Shown here in pieces: positions 38,922-52,609 of a DNA stretch of 64,000 nucleotides. Both the position numbers and the translations under genes were made by a program. Under the pieces are notes generated by a model. The model saw nothing but the letters and a program-made list of their open reading frames with translations, was not told the origin of the DNA and ran no database searches. The DNA is from Selaginella moellendorffii (lineage: Eukaryota; Plantae; Lycopodiophyta): the NCBI RefSeq assembly GCF_000143415.4, contig NW_003314291.1, forward strand, positions 593,316-657,315. Reading direction: 5' to 3'. The first letter of the stretch is position 1; the number at the start of each line of letters is the position of its first letter.

Positions 38922-41900
38922 TGTAAGCGACTAATTTTTCCATTCTACTTTAGTCACTTAACCACACCTCCGACCACTTGGAGGAGTCTCATTCACAACC
39001 TCCATAAGCCCAACTCAGGACTTGGGGCTTGCTAGCCCCGAGAATGGCATCCATGCCACTCAACCTTAGCACTTGGTCCAAGTGCTCCACGTGTCCGATC
39101 CCATGATCGACACCCCAAGGTACCACCGACATATCGGCCCGTTACGCTAAGGCCATGCCCATTTACCTTGGTCACACTGGTGGTCCAACACCACCTACAT
39201 TCCAATCCCGTCTCTCAAAGACTGGGTCATCCATCCATGAGTGGTCATCCTAGATCCACTCCTTAACATCCTTAGGATGCCTACAGACATGGGGAATAGC
39301 CTTCCCCAATATTTCTGTTCCGGTCCCCACCAAGTCCCCTTCTGCCCCTGGCCGTGTTTGCCAACACTGCCACTTGATCGAGACCCACAGGCCCGACCAC
39401 TAAGTCCCACGGTCCTCTGGGACTTCCTCACCACACGACTGTATCCTTGATCACTACCCCAGAGGACTACTCCTCTTCCTTTCCACAGTCTGGGCCTTTG
39501 GGGCAACATTTCGGAACACCGTGGCCTTACGCGAGCCACCTGGGTACTCTTCTCGCCTTCTGCCCTTGGGTGCTCTAGCCATGGGCTTAGAGCGAGGTTC
39601 CGTTGAGCCATGACAGGTATCCAAGTAGGTAGTGCCACCCACACTTGGACTGGGAGCATCGGCCAGTCGATCTCCCGGGGGAACTAGAGCCGGCTCTTGA
39701 ACACTTCACCAAGCTACCCCGTTTGTCGGTCCATGTTCACTCTAGTCTTGGACTTCCCAGTGGGCAGCTCATCACCCAACACTGGGTCCGGCCTTCCTGG
39801 GCCAAACTGGCCTTTCCTGGCCAAACTGGCTCCACTACAGTCCTCCCCCTACTATACTTTTGGAGCTCACCAAACCCCCTAGGGTCTGGGAGACGAACGC
39901 TTTGGGCTTTCACCCTCTCAGGCTCCGGACTCGGACTCGGACTCGGACTCGGACTCGGACTTAGACTCGGACTCGGATTCGGACTCGGACTCGGGCTCGG
40001 GCTCGGTCTCGGCCTCGGCCTCGGTCTCGGTCTCGGTCCCGATCTCAGTCACGGTCTCGGTCTCGGTCTCGGTCCCGGTCTCGGTCTCGACTTCGGACTC
40101 CATCTCGGACTCCATCTCGGACTCCATCTCGGACTCCATCTTGGACTCCGTCTCGGGTCCATCTCGGGTCCATTTCAGACTCCATCTCGGACTCCATCTC
40201 GGGTCCATCTCGGACTCCATCTCGGACTCCATTTCGGGTCCATCTCGGGTCCACCTCGGACTCCATCTCGGACTCCATCTCGGACTCCATCTCGGACTCC
40301 ATCTCGGACTCCATCTCGGGTCCATCTCGGACTCCACTTCGGACTCCAACTCGGGTCCATCTCGGACTCCACTTTGGACTCCAACTCGAGTCCATCTCGG
40401 ACACTCCCACGTGTCATGTGTTGGTCCTTTTGGGTCCCTTTTTGGAGCCTCGCCTTTTGCTCGCTTCGTGCTCGTTCCTCGAGCACTTCGTTGGGAGTTC
40501 CACTCCCGCTCTTGACTTTTCAAGTCGGAGCTTTTGGTCCAAACGTGTTACGTTCGTTTGGCTCTCACTTCGGCCACTACCATGTGGCGCCCTTCCGGCT
40601 CCACTTTGGGGCCTAGGGATTTTGTGTCTCACAACTCCACCACCCATAGACGAAGTTCAATGTCCTCATCGAACGGTGAACCATTTTATAAAGTAACACC
40701 CGCATGTGTTACCATTTCCATCCTTGGCGTGTAGCCAATCTTTGTCAATGGTGTGACATTGAAGGCTCACCATGCCTTCTCCATATTCGTCAATGGTTGG
40801 ACATTGAAGGCTCACCATGCCTTTTGCATATCCTCTAAGGAGGGTAGTCTCTTCAACTTAGAGATTGATTGGACCACATATAGTGGTTCTCTCCTTTTAT
40901 TGGTTTAGTTCTCGCTAAACCTCTTAGAGACCCTTCTCTAAGTCAATTCCACTGCTCCTTCTTGAGTAGTCTCAATTTCCATCGATATAACCTTTGCACT
41001 TTGGAACTTTGAATTTTGACTTTTTGGAGTCAATTTCCTAGGTGTCTCCGACACCTTGCCTTGCACCTTTTGTGCAACTCCACTTCCCATCCTAGGAAGT
41101 TCTCTACTCGAGGGCACCATCATCCTCTCTTCTATTTCGTGCCAAAGTTCCAGTTATCATACTTTGTGCTAGGGCTGTTCATGGCCCTATCATTTGGCTA
41201 CCTTACCGCTCCCTCCCTTGGAGCTTCCACTTTCGCCAAATCGGAGCATTTCGGAATCCCTCCTTGGAAACACACTTTCTTTCCCGCAACTTGTTAGCGT
41301 TCAACACATTAGTGTTCCTCGCCTAACTTTGTCACTTGGATTCCTTCCAAGGGATTCCACGGCCCTATCTTGGCCACTCATCTTTTGCTCCTATCCGTTG
41401 ATTGTTGCACCAAGCAACATCGAATCTCTACCTCCCTCCTTGAGGTATTGTTTCGGTTCCATAGCAAAGACTCTTCTTTGCCAAGTCCGGAGGATGTTCA
41501 CCCCTAGTACGTCTCTTTAGCATCTTCTGTTATGGGCTCTATCCACGGCCCAACTTCGTGACCCTCCCATGGGTCTTTTATAAAGACTACTTTCCTCAGA
41601 CTCACTATGTCATCACACGGACATAGTTTATTTCCCTTAGGTGCTCTTCCCACTTGGTCATCATGACCAAGCCACACCACCTTAAACAGTTCAATTTCAA
41701 CATTTTGAACCAGGAACTTCATTCCTTAGCCAACCAAGGACCTTGTCCTTATCTGGCCATAAGATCACCTAGTGATCTCACCTTGGCACCTTAACAGAGT
41801 TGCCAAGACGTACTTGGTCTTCTAGACCTCCAAGTTGTTGACTATAACCCCGGGGGCATCCCCCACACTTGGCGGTGCACCCAAGCCAGCCCTTAAGGCC

Positions 41901-44900
41901 AAGGGTTCATAGCAACTGAGATTAGGTGTCCCCATCTCACTCACCACGACCTTGGTGCCACTTGCACCAAAGCGTTCAAGTTAGATATGCCGAGCTTTCA
42001 CACTAAGCAATCTAACCGTGCATCACAACTCCGAGGCATCCCTCGCTTGGCGGTGTGCCCAAACCAGTCTCCCCACTGAGAGTCCATGACCACCAAAATA
42101 TGAGTGTCCTCATATTCCAAACCATCACCACGCCCTAGTGATTTGGGACTCGAACCCAAGCACTAGAGGGTCGGGACTCGAACCCAACCTTCGTATATGC
42201 ATCTACAGACGGCATCACACAAGATGCCTGGCGTGACTCCCCACGCCAGTGCACCAACTTATTTTTTAAAGCACGCTACAGATCACAGTTTAGGAACCTA
42301 GTTCCTCCACACTGCCAAGTCCTCTCACTTGACATGTCTGTGATCATGCATGGACTCCTCCATGCTCGGCCCCATGGCCCACCCTTTTTGAAGTTATCAC
42401 CTTCAACTAGGGTATTCGTTCCCCCGACGTGCCAATCTCGCTTGGCAAGTCCTCCGACCACTGTAACATGGTTCCTGCATAAGCGTGAAAGTCCTTGACC
42501 ATCGACTTTCGTTCAAAGCCCTCTCTTTGAACACTCGGGAACTACTTCCCTAACCTTGATAGCCTTGCCTCATGGCAAGCTTCAAGACCACGTTTCTGCT
42601 GCGCCACTCTGATTTCGCGCGTTCCATGAACCATTTACACTTGGCCTTTCTAGGTACTAAGCTACCTAGAATCGTCTCTGGGAACCTTTGAAGGAACTCT
42701 GTCCCTCAGCTTGCTAAGGCCTCCCTTTTTGCAAGCCTTCCAAATGCCACACAGTCTAACATGGACAATTCCATATTTTAGACTCTCCATGGCATCACGG
42801 TTGCTAGCGGCAACACCCTCGAGCCCCCACTTGATTCTCCACTCCCAGCTGGCATAACCAACCTTGGTTATGCCCTTTGATTCCTACGGTTCGGTTCTAT
42901 CCCCTTACTTCTTGCTTTTTGGCTTCACACCTTTCCTTTGGTCATTCTCCTCCAGACTAGGAGGATAGCTTTGCACTTTCTATCATGCTTTAGCAAGTAT
43001 TCTTAGAGATGAACCTACCCAATAGCTTAGGGAGTGGTTCCTCAATCCGGGTATGCTCACCTTATAATCCCACACACTGGGATTACATTGTTGCTTATGG
43101 GCCTTTACATGCCCATCACTAGCCTTGCCAAAATTCCATTTTTGGCTTTGTCCAACTTGGGTAGACAGTCCTCTCCTGTCTCCGCAACCTTGGACATTTG
43201 GATAGCACCTTCTATCCATCATTCGCTAGGGACTTAGTCCCTTGGGCTTTATCCATTGCCCTCGCGACATCAAACACCACCTTCTGGTGTTCTAAAGTGT
43301 TCGGGTGTCCCAATGATGGCTTTCTTGACAATGAGTATTTCCTTTTATGACATTAACTTACTATATCGCAACACAAGCAACTTATCCCCCGTAAGGGTAT
43401 ATCCAATTTCCCTATGCTATTAAGAAGTCTTGGGTAGCTACCTTCTACCCGTTTAACCAGTTATTTTGCACCTCTTGCTTAGTTGCCTCATAGTTGTCAA
43501 GTCCTACAACTCATTGCTTGGTGCTTTCACACCTCCATCATTATCTGGGTCACCACACTCCAACTGCATGCTCTACAGCTTAGGCTATGCTATTCCCATT
43601 TCCATTGGGATTCCTTTGGCAAGGGGTTCTCATGAACCCACCAACATAGCCTCAAGGTATCACACCTTGGCATATTTGGTGTCTCCACACCATCGGCTCC
43701 ACAAGCCTATCTCTATGACATTTCCCCTTCGTGTCTAAGTCTTTGCCAAGACCAACACCGCTCTTTCTCATGCCAACCATCCGTTAGCACTGCACCATAG
43801 AGGTCACACACAACTTTATGTCAAAGTTGTTTTCTTCTGGGAACACCTTTCCCATAACTTTAGCATGACACATTTTACCATCGATGAGATACCTTCTGTT
43901 CTCATCCTTGGATCCTATGATCCCCCCCCCATCCTTTGTGGGGTACAACACACCTCAGTCCAAATGCTTCCATCAGTCCTTTTAGGACCATCCGTTGACT
44001 CTACTTGAGTCATCTAGCAGTTTTGGACTTGGTTAATCCACAGACCCGTAAGGTCCTACTTGTGAGGCACTAGCTCACTGGAATACACTTCTTGCATTCC
44101 TGTCCTACTCAAAAGGACTATTTTCACAAGTGTTACTCCGACACTTGATTTTGTTCTCTGGGGGCAACTTTTGCCCCTTAGGACTACTTGTCCATGTGAT
44201 GAGAACACCAACTCATCCACTTAATACACCCTCAACTCCTTGGGTTGTTCCAGCATTTATTAGAGGTAGCCCCGGCTACCTTTTCAAGGACTTGAGTCCT
44301 CTTCCGTATTTGACCTCTCACGGTCATTACTTCTGGTCTCACATTCATGAGGACCAACCTCAACTATATGAGGAAAATCTTGTGACTCCTTTATTGCTTT
44401 GGAGTCTTTATCTTTCCCGTGATCCCAACTGTAGTTGTTTACCACAACTACATTAGCCAGTTTGCTAAGTCAAACGCTCATCTGGATCACATCCTCAACT
44501 CTTTAAGGAAAACCATATACTGTTCCCAAGATCCCAAAGTCGTTCCATTATTGGCCCCTTTCTATCCACCACCTCGTCTACAAGTTCACACATGAACTGT
44601 AATGGAGAGCCATGTCTTCCCGACTTGCTACTCCTCAAGGATAGGCCCACTCCTCGGACCTTCCGATGCCAACACTAGTGGTGATATACTTGAGCACCAA
44701 TAAAAGTCGGATTAAGGAACAGCTCCGATACCAAATGTAAACAACTAATTTTTCCATTCTACTTTAGTCACTTAACCACACCTCCGACCACTTGGAGGAG
44801 TCTCATTCACAACCTCCATAAGCCCAACTCAGGACTTGGGGCTTGCTAGCCTCGAGAATGGCATCCATGCCACTCAACCTTAGCACTTGGTCCAAGTGCT

Positions 44901-46539
44901 CCACGTGTCCGATCCCATGATCAACACCCCAAGGTACCACCGACATATCGGCCCGTTACGCTAAGGCCATGCCCATTTACCTTGGTCACACTGGTGGTCC
45001 AACACCACCTACATTCCAATCCCGTCTCTCAAAGACTGGGTCATCCATCCATGAGTGGTCATCCTAGATCCACTCCTTAACATCCTTAGGATGCCTACAG
45101 ACATGGGGAATAGCCTTCCCCAATATCTCTGTTCCAGTCCCCACCAAGTCCCCTTCTGCCCCTAGCCGTGTTTGCCAACACTGCCACTTGATCAAGACCC
45201 ACAGGCCCGACCACTAAGTCCCACGGTCCTCTAGGACTTCCTCACCACACGACTATATCCTTGGTCACTACCCCAGAGGACTACTCCTCTTCCTTTCCAC
45301 AGTCTGGGCCTTTGGGGCAACATTTCGGAACACCGTGGCCTTACGTGAGCCACCTGGGCACTCTCCTCGCCTTCTGCCCTTGGGTGCTTTAGCCATGGGC
45401 TTAGAGCGAGGTTCCGTTGAGCCACGACAGGTATCCAAGTAAGTAGTGCCACCCACACTTGGACTGGGAGCATCGGCCAGTCGATCTCCCGGGGGAACTA
45501 AAGCTGGCTCTTGAACACTTCACCAAGCTACCCCGCTTGTCGGTCCGTGTTCACTCTAGTCTTGGACTTCCCAGTGGGCAGCTCATCACCCAACACTGGG
45601 TCCGGCCTTCCTGGGCCAAACTGGCCTTTCCTGGCCAAACTGGCTCCACTGCAGTCCTCCCCCTACTATACTTTTGGAGCTCACCAAACCCCCTAGGGTC
45701 TGGGAGACGAACGCTTTGGGCTTTCACCCTCTCAGGCTTCGGACTCGGACTCGGACTCGGACTCGGATTCGGACTTGGGCTCGGACTCGGATTCGGACTC
45801 GGACTCGGGCTCGGGCTCGGTCTCGGCCTCGGCCTCGGTCTCGGTCTCGGCCTCGGTCTCGGTCTCGGTCCCGATCTCGGTCTCGGTCTCGGTCTCGGTC
45901 CCGGTCTCGATCTCGACTTCGGACTCCATCTCGGACTCCATCTCGGACTCCATCTCGGACTCCGTCTCGGGTCCATCTCGGGTCCATCTCGGACTCCATC
46001 TCGGACTCCATCTCGGGTCCATCTCGGACTCCATCTCGGACTCCATTTCGGGTCCATCTCGGGTCCACCTCGGACTCCATCTCGGACTCCATCTCGGACT
46101 CCATCTCGGGTCCATCTCGGACTCCACTTCGGACTCCAACTCGGGTCCATCTCGGGTCCACCTCGGACTCCACTTCGGACTCCAACTCGGGTCCATCTCG
46201 GACTCCACTTCGGACTCCAACTCGGGTCCATCTCGGACTCCACTTCGGACTCCAACTCGGGTCCATCTCGAACTCCACTTTGGACTCCAACTCGAGTCCA
46301 TCTCGGACACTCCCACGTGTCATGTGTTGGTCCTTTTGGGTCCCTTTTTGGAGCCTCGCCTTTTGCTCTCTTCGTGCTCGTTCCTCGAGCACTTCGTTGG
46401 GAGTTCCACTCCCGCTCTTGACTTTTCAAGTCGAAGCTTTTGGTCCAAACGTGTTACGTTCGTTTGGCTCTCGCTTCGGCCACTACCATGTGGCGCCCTT
46501 CCGGCTCCACTTTGGGGCATAGGGATTTTGTGTCTCACA
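38922..46539 (-). mobile_element. Complete non-coding LTR element B (LARD-like), inserted in reverse into the LTR of A
   Basis: 5' LTR 44736-46539, 3' LTR 38922-40633, PBS (reverse) at 44722-44733, PPT (reverse, actccaccacccat) at 40634-40647, TSD CCGAG / TCGAG (one mismatch), 4.1-kb interior without long ORFs. Confidence 0.92.
45735..46310. repeat. LTR minisatellite array in the 5' LTR of B
   Basis: (CGGACT)n, (CGGTCT)n and (TCGGACTCCATC)n tracts; longer than the matching tract in the 3' LTR. Confidence 0.95.
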
Positions 46540-49500
46540 TCGAGATGGAGTCCGAGATGGACTCAAGATGGAGTCCGAGATGGAGTCTGAGATGGACCCG
46601 AGATGGACCCGAGATGGGACCCGAGATGGACCCGAGATGGAGTCCAAGATCCGAGATGGAGTCCGAGGTGGAGTCTGAGATGGAGTCCGAGGTGGAGTCT
46701 GAGATGGAGTCTGAGGTGGACCCGAGATGGACCCGAGATGGAGTCTGAGATGGAGTCCGAAGTCGAGACCGGGACCAAGACCGAGACTAGGACCGGAACC
46801 GAGACCGAGACCGAGATCGGGACCGAGACTGAGACCGAGGCCGAGGCTGAGGCCAAGTCCGAGTCTGAGTCCGAATCCGAGTCCGAGTCCGAGACCGAGG
46901 CCGAGTCCGAGTTCGAGTCTGAGAGGGTGAAAGCCCAAAGCGTTCGTCTCCCAGACCCTGGGGGGTTTAGTGAGCTCCAAAAGTATAGTAGGGGGAAGAC
47001 TGCAGTGGAGCCAGTTTAGCCAGGAAAGGCCAGTTTGTCCCAGGAAGGCCGGACCCAGTGTTGGGTGATGAGCTGCCCATTGGGAAGTCCAAGACTAGAG
47101 TGAACACGGACCGACAAGCGGGGTAGCTTGGTGAAGTGTTCAAGAGCCAGCTCTAGTTCCCCCGAGAGATCGACTGGCCGATGCTCCCAGTCTAAGTGTG
47201 GGTGGCACTACCTACTTGGATACCTGGTGTGGCTCAACGGAACCTCGCTCTAAGCCCATGGCTAGAGCACCCAAAGGCAGAAGGCGAGGAGAGTACCCAT
47301 GAGGCCCGCGTAGAGCCACGGTGTTCCGAAACGTTGCCCCAAAGTCCCAGACTGTGGAAAGGAAGAGGAGCAACCCTCTAGTGTGGTGACAAGGGACACA
47401 GCCACACAGTAAGGAAGTCCTAGAGGACAATTGGACTTAGTGGTCGGGCCTGTGGGCCTTGATCCAGTGGCAGTGTTGGTGAACACGGCCATGGACAGAA
47501 AGGGACTTGGTGGGGACTAGAAAGGAGATATTGGGGAAGGCTATTTCCTATGTCTGCAGGCATCATAAGGATGTTAAGGAGTGGATCTGGGATGACCACT
47601 CATGGACAGATAGCCCAGTCTTGGAGAGACGGGATTGCAATGCAGGTGGTGTTGGACCACCAATGTGACCAAGGTGATTGGGCATGGCCTAGCATAACGG
47701 GCTGGTATGTTGGTGGTGCCTTGGGGTGTCAGTCAAGGGATCGGACACATGGAGCACTTGGACCAAGTGCAAAAGTTGAGTGGCGTGGATGTCATTTGCG
47801 GGGTTAGCAAGCCCCAAGTTCTGAATGGGACTTATGGAGGTTGTGAATGAGACTCCTCCAAGTGGTCGGAGGTGCGGTTAAGTGACTAAAGTAGAATGGA
47901 AAAATTAGTCGCTTACAACTTGGTATCGGAGCTGTTCCTTAGTCCGACTCTTATTGGTGGCCAAGTATATCACCACTTGTATTGGAATTGGAAGGTCCTA
48001 GATGTGGACCTATCCTCGAAGAGTAGCCTGTCGAGAGGACATGGCTCTCCACTCAAGTTCATGCGTGAACTTGTGCGCAATATGGTGGATGGAAAAGGGT
48101 CAGTAAGGGAATGACTTTGGGATCTTGGGAACAGTATAAGGTTTCCTCAGAGAGCTGATGATATGATCCAGATGAGCGTTTGACGCAGCAAACGGGCTTA
48201 CGTAGTTGTGGCAGTTGGGATCACGAGAAAGATGTAGACTCCAAAACAATAAAGGAGTCACAAGATTACCCTCATATAGTTGGGGCTAGTGCTCATAAAT
48301 TTGAGATCGGAATTGATGACCGTGGGAGGTCAAATACGGAAGAGGACACAAGTCCTTGAAATGGTAGCCGGGGCTACCTCTAAATGCTGGAACAACCCAA
48401 GGAGTCGGGGGTGTACTTAGAGGATGAGTTGGTATTCTCATCACATGGACAAGTGGTCCTAAGGGGCGAAAGGTTGCCCCTAGAGAAAAAATCGAGTGTC
48501 GGAGTAACACTTGCAAAAGATGGTCCTTGGAGTAGGACATGAATACAAAGAGTTGTATTCCAATGAGCTAGCACCTTAAAGGTAGGACTTCATGGGTCAT
48601 CGGATTAACAAAGTCCAAAAAGTTGAATGACTCCAATAGAGTTAAGGTATAATCCTCTAAGGGCTTGAGGAAAGCATTTGGACTGAGGTGTGTGGTGCCC
48701 CACAAAGGATGGGGAGGATCTTGAGATCCAAGCATGAGAGCGGTGCCATTGATGGCAGAAGGTGCCATGCTAAAGTCGTGGGAAGGAGTTTCCCGGAAGA
48801 AAACAACTTTGACACAAAGTTGTGTGTGAACTTTATGGTGCAGTGCTAATGGATAATTGGCATAAGAGACAACCATATTGGTCTTGGCAAAAAGACCTAG
48901 ACACCAGTAAGAAGTGTCATAAAGGTAGGCTCGTGGAGCCGATGGTGTGGAAACACCGAATGTGCCAAGGCGTGCTACCTTGAGGTCAAGTTGGTGGGTT
49001 TATGAGAACCCATTCTAAAGGAATCCCAATGGAAATGGGAATAGCATAGCCTATGCTGGAAGGCATGCGGTTAGAGTGTGGTGACCCAGATAATGATGGA
49101 GGTGTGGAAGCACCAGCAATGAGTTGTAAGACTTGACAACTATGAGACAACTAATCAAAAGGTGCAAAATAAGTCGTTAAGCTGGTAAAAGGCAACTACC
49201 TAAGACTTCTTATTGGGCTAAGGAAGTTAGATATACCCTTATAGGGGATAAATTGCTTATGTTGCGATATAGTAAGTTAATGTCGAAAAGGGAATGCTCA
49301 TTGTCAAAGAAACCATCATTGGGACACCCAAACACTCTAGAACACCAAAAGGTGGTGTTTAGTAGCATGAGGGCAATGGATAATGCCCAAGGGACAAAGT
49401 TCCTAGTGAATGATGGATAGGAGGTGCTATCCAAATATTCAAGGTTGCGGAGACGAGAGAAGTCCGTCTACCCAAATTGGACAAAGCCAAAAAGGGGATT

Positions 49501-51746
49501 TTGGCAAGGCTAGTGATGGGCATATAAAGGCCCATAAGTAACAACGGTGATCCCAGGGTGTGGGATTACGAGGTGAGCAAACCTGGATTGAGGAACCACT
49601 CCCTAGGCTGTCAAGTAGGTTCATCCCTATGAATACTTGCCAAGGCATGGTAGAAAGTGCAAAGCTATCTTCCTAGTCTAGAGGAGAATAATCGAAGGAA
49701 ATGTATGGGGCCAAAAAAGCAAGTAGTAAAGGGATAAAACCGAACCATAGAAATTGACACGCATGACCAAATGTGGTTATGGAAGTTGGGAGTGGAGAAT
49801 CAAGTGGGTGCTCAAGCATGTTGTTACTAGCGACCGGGATGCCATGGAGAGTCTAAAGCATGGGATTGTTCATGTTAGACTATATAGTAATTGGAATGCT
49901 TGCGAAAGGAGAGGCCTTAGCAAGCCAAGGAACAGAGTTCCTTGAACGTTCCCCTAGGTAGGTAAGTACCTAGTCAGCCAAGTGTAAATGGTTCATAGAA
50001 CGCGCGAAATCAGAGTAGCGCAGCAGAAGCATGGTCTTGAAGCTTGCCATGAGGCAAGGCTATCAAGATTGGGGAAGTAGTTTCCGAGTGTTCAAAGAGA
50101 AGGCTTTGAATGAAAGTCGATGGTTAAGGACTTTCACACTTATGCATGAACTATGTTACGGTGGCCGAATGACTTGCTAAGTGAGATTGGCAAGACGGGG
50201 GGAACCAATCCCCTAGTTGAAGGTGCTAACTTCAAAAGGGGTGGCCCATGGGGCCGAGTATGGAGGAGTCCATGCATGATCACAGACATGTCAAGCAAGA
50301 GGACTTGGCAGTGCGGAGGAACTAGGTTCCTAAGCGGTGATCTATAGCACGCTTTAAAAATAAGTTGGTGCACCGGCGTGGGGAGTCACGCCAGGTATCT
50401 AGTGTGATGCCATCCGTAGATGCATATATGGAGGTTGGGTTCGAGTCCCGACCCTTTAGTGCTTGGGTTCGAGTCCCAACTCACTAGGGCGTGGTGATGG
50501 TTTGGAATATGAGGACACTTATATTTCGGTGGTCATGGACTCTCAGTGGGGAGACTGGTTTGGGCACACTGCCAAGCGAGGGATGCTTTGGAGTCGTGAT
50601 GCACGATTAGATTGTTTAGTGTGAAAGCTCGGCATATCTAACTTGAACGCTTTGGTGCAAGTGGCACCAAGGACGTGGTGAGTGAGATGGGGACACCTAA
50701 TCTCAGTTGCTATGAACCCTTGGCCGTAAGAGCTGGCTTGGGTGCACCGCCAAGTGTGGGGGATGCCCCCAGGGTTATGGTCAACAACTTGAAGGTCTAG
50801 AAGACCAAATACCTCTTGGCAACTCTATTAAGGTGCCAAGGTGAGATCACTAGGTGATCTTATGGCCAAATAAGGACAAGGTCCTTGGTTGGCTAAGGAA
50901 TGAAGTTCCTGGTTCAAAATGTTAAATTGAACTGTTTAAAATGGTGTGGCTTGGTCAAGATGACCAAGTGGGAAGAGCACCTAAGGGAAATAAGTTGTGT
51001 CCGTGCGATGGCATAATGAGTCTGAGGAAAGTAGTCTTTATAAAAGACCCATGGGAGGGTCACGAAGTTGGGCCGTGGATAGAGCCCATACCAAAAGATG
51101 CTAAAGAGATGTATTAGGAGTGAACATCCTCTGGACTTGGCAAAGAAGAGTCTTTGCTATGGAACCGAAGGGATACCTCGAAAATGGAGGTAGCGATCCT
51201 ATGTTGCTGGGTGCAATAATCAAGGATAAGAGCAAAGGACTAGTGGCCAAGTTTGGGCCATGGAATTTAATGGAAGGGATCCAAATGGCAAAGTTAGCCA
51301 AGGAACACTAATATAAAGCTCTATTTCGTTAAAGTGGGAATTGTCATTATCCCACTTGTAAAATAAGGTTTCCAAACCTTTATATAGTATATAAATATAA
51401 CAAAATTCAACTGCATTGAGGCACATGCCATTTTATTTTAAACAAGGAAATGTCTACTCAATCACTTCTCACTGCTTCACCTCTCTCTTCTCCTTGTCAT
51501 TGTCGTCCAATTTCTTTCCATCCTTTTAATATTGGCTCAGTTGCTCCGAGTCTAGGTGGAGCCCAAGTCCCCATTCAATCTTTACTTTCCCCTTATTAAT
51601 AAAACAACTTCGTAGACTTCCAATAACATGCTGTAACACTTCTAGTATAATGCAAATCCTCTCAAAGAATTGTCTTTTAATATTAATACAATGGCATGGA
51701 ACCCCATGCCATAATAAGTTACATTTTTAAATAAATACATGCCATC

Positions 51747-52609
51747 TCAGACTGTTATTTTTTGCCTCCAACGCCTATACAATAATCTTGGAATTTCATC
51801 ACTCTCCACACTATCAGGATTTAAACCCAATAGTAATGCCATCTCTTCTCTAATACGTCCACGCTCATGTTCAGTGGTCGAAGAACCCATCCGGTTGAAC
51901 AGATTATGGAGATGCGGATAGTGCTTGGCTAGACAATATACATGCCATAAATGATGACTGGTGTCTGTCCGATCAAATGGCTTCTGATATACCGTTCCAT
52001 CTGCCATTTGGTTGATTTCTGCAGCCACCTCCTGGACTGGCCGGTTCTCTATCACCATCGCTTCAAGCCGTTTTGCAAGGTCCCCCAGAACATACGGTTT
52101 CTTCTCCCTAGTTTCCATACTGCAAGAGATGGGGTGCACTGCATATGTGTGCGTGTTCGCTGCAGTTTTAATCGGCGAGTCATCGATGATGAGGATTTCA
52201 CTTGACCTAGCAGTCCGGTTCATCACTACAGCCTCTGCCTTGACGAAGATGGGCTTGCTACCCCTCACATGGACCATAGTCAAGCAATCCTCCTGCGTTA
52301 GGAGAAAGTCAAATGGTAATATTACTCGCGTCTGATCGTGCATCATCTGTAGCAACGTTAATGCATTGTGGCGCATCATGGATGTCCAAACTCCCAATTG
52401 CAAATTGAACCCGGCCCTCTGTTTTAAGTGTCGCATGGTCATTATTAGATCCCGCAGTTTCTCCCGTGTGATTAATGTGAATCTGTCTCTTTTGACCAAC
52501 TTGCGACCGCAGGCTTTGGAGGGTGCAGTGACATTCGAGGACGAGCCACGCTCATGGGAGAAAAGGACACCGTTCAGATCAAAAACGATACAGTACTTTC
52601 GCCGTGACT
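51747..52609 (-). CDS. FCP1/NIF-like HAD-superfamily phosphatase domain (last exon)
   Basis: IVFDLNGVL (motif I variant), GVWTS (II), LTQEDC, KPIFVK (III), IIDDSPIK (IV). Confidence 0.8.

Larger units (their letters stand above)
38428..51312 (+). mobile_element. Non-coding LTR element A (LARD-like): 5' LTR split by element B; 3' part not in window
   Basis: LTR 38428-38921 plus 46545-47917, PBS TGGTATCGGAGC 47921-47932, interior colinear with B in reverse. Homology to B stops at about 51312. Confidence 0.88.

Noticed and set aside
39920-40400. Regular short repeats that might suggest a CRISPR array
   Set aside because: Head-to-tail tandem units with no unique spacers, inside eukaryotic LTRs, and no cas genes.
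32336-47019. Many 100-320 aa ORFs rich in SR, GL, ESEM or RDGV repeats
   Set aside because: They are translations of the stop-poor LTR minisatellite and are open in several frames on both strands; not genes.
51306-51310. CACTA terminus
   Set aside because: The same AGGAACACTAAT occurs in element B, so it is explained as sequence of A; no matching TIR is in the window.
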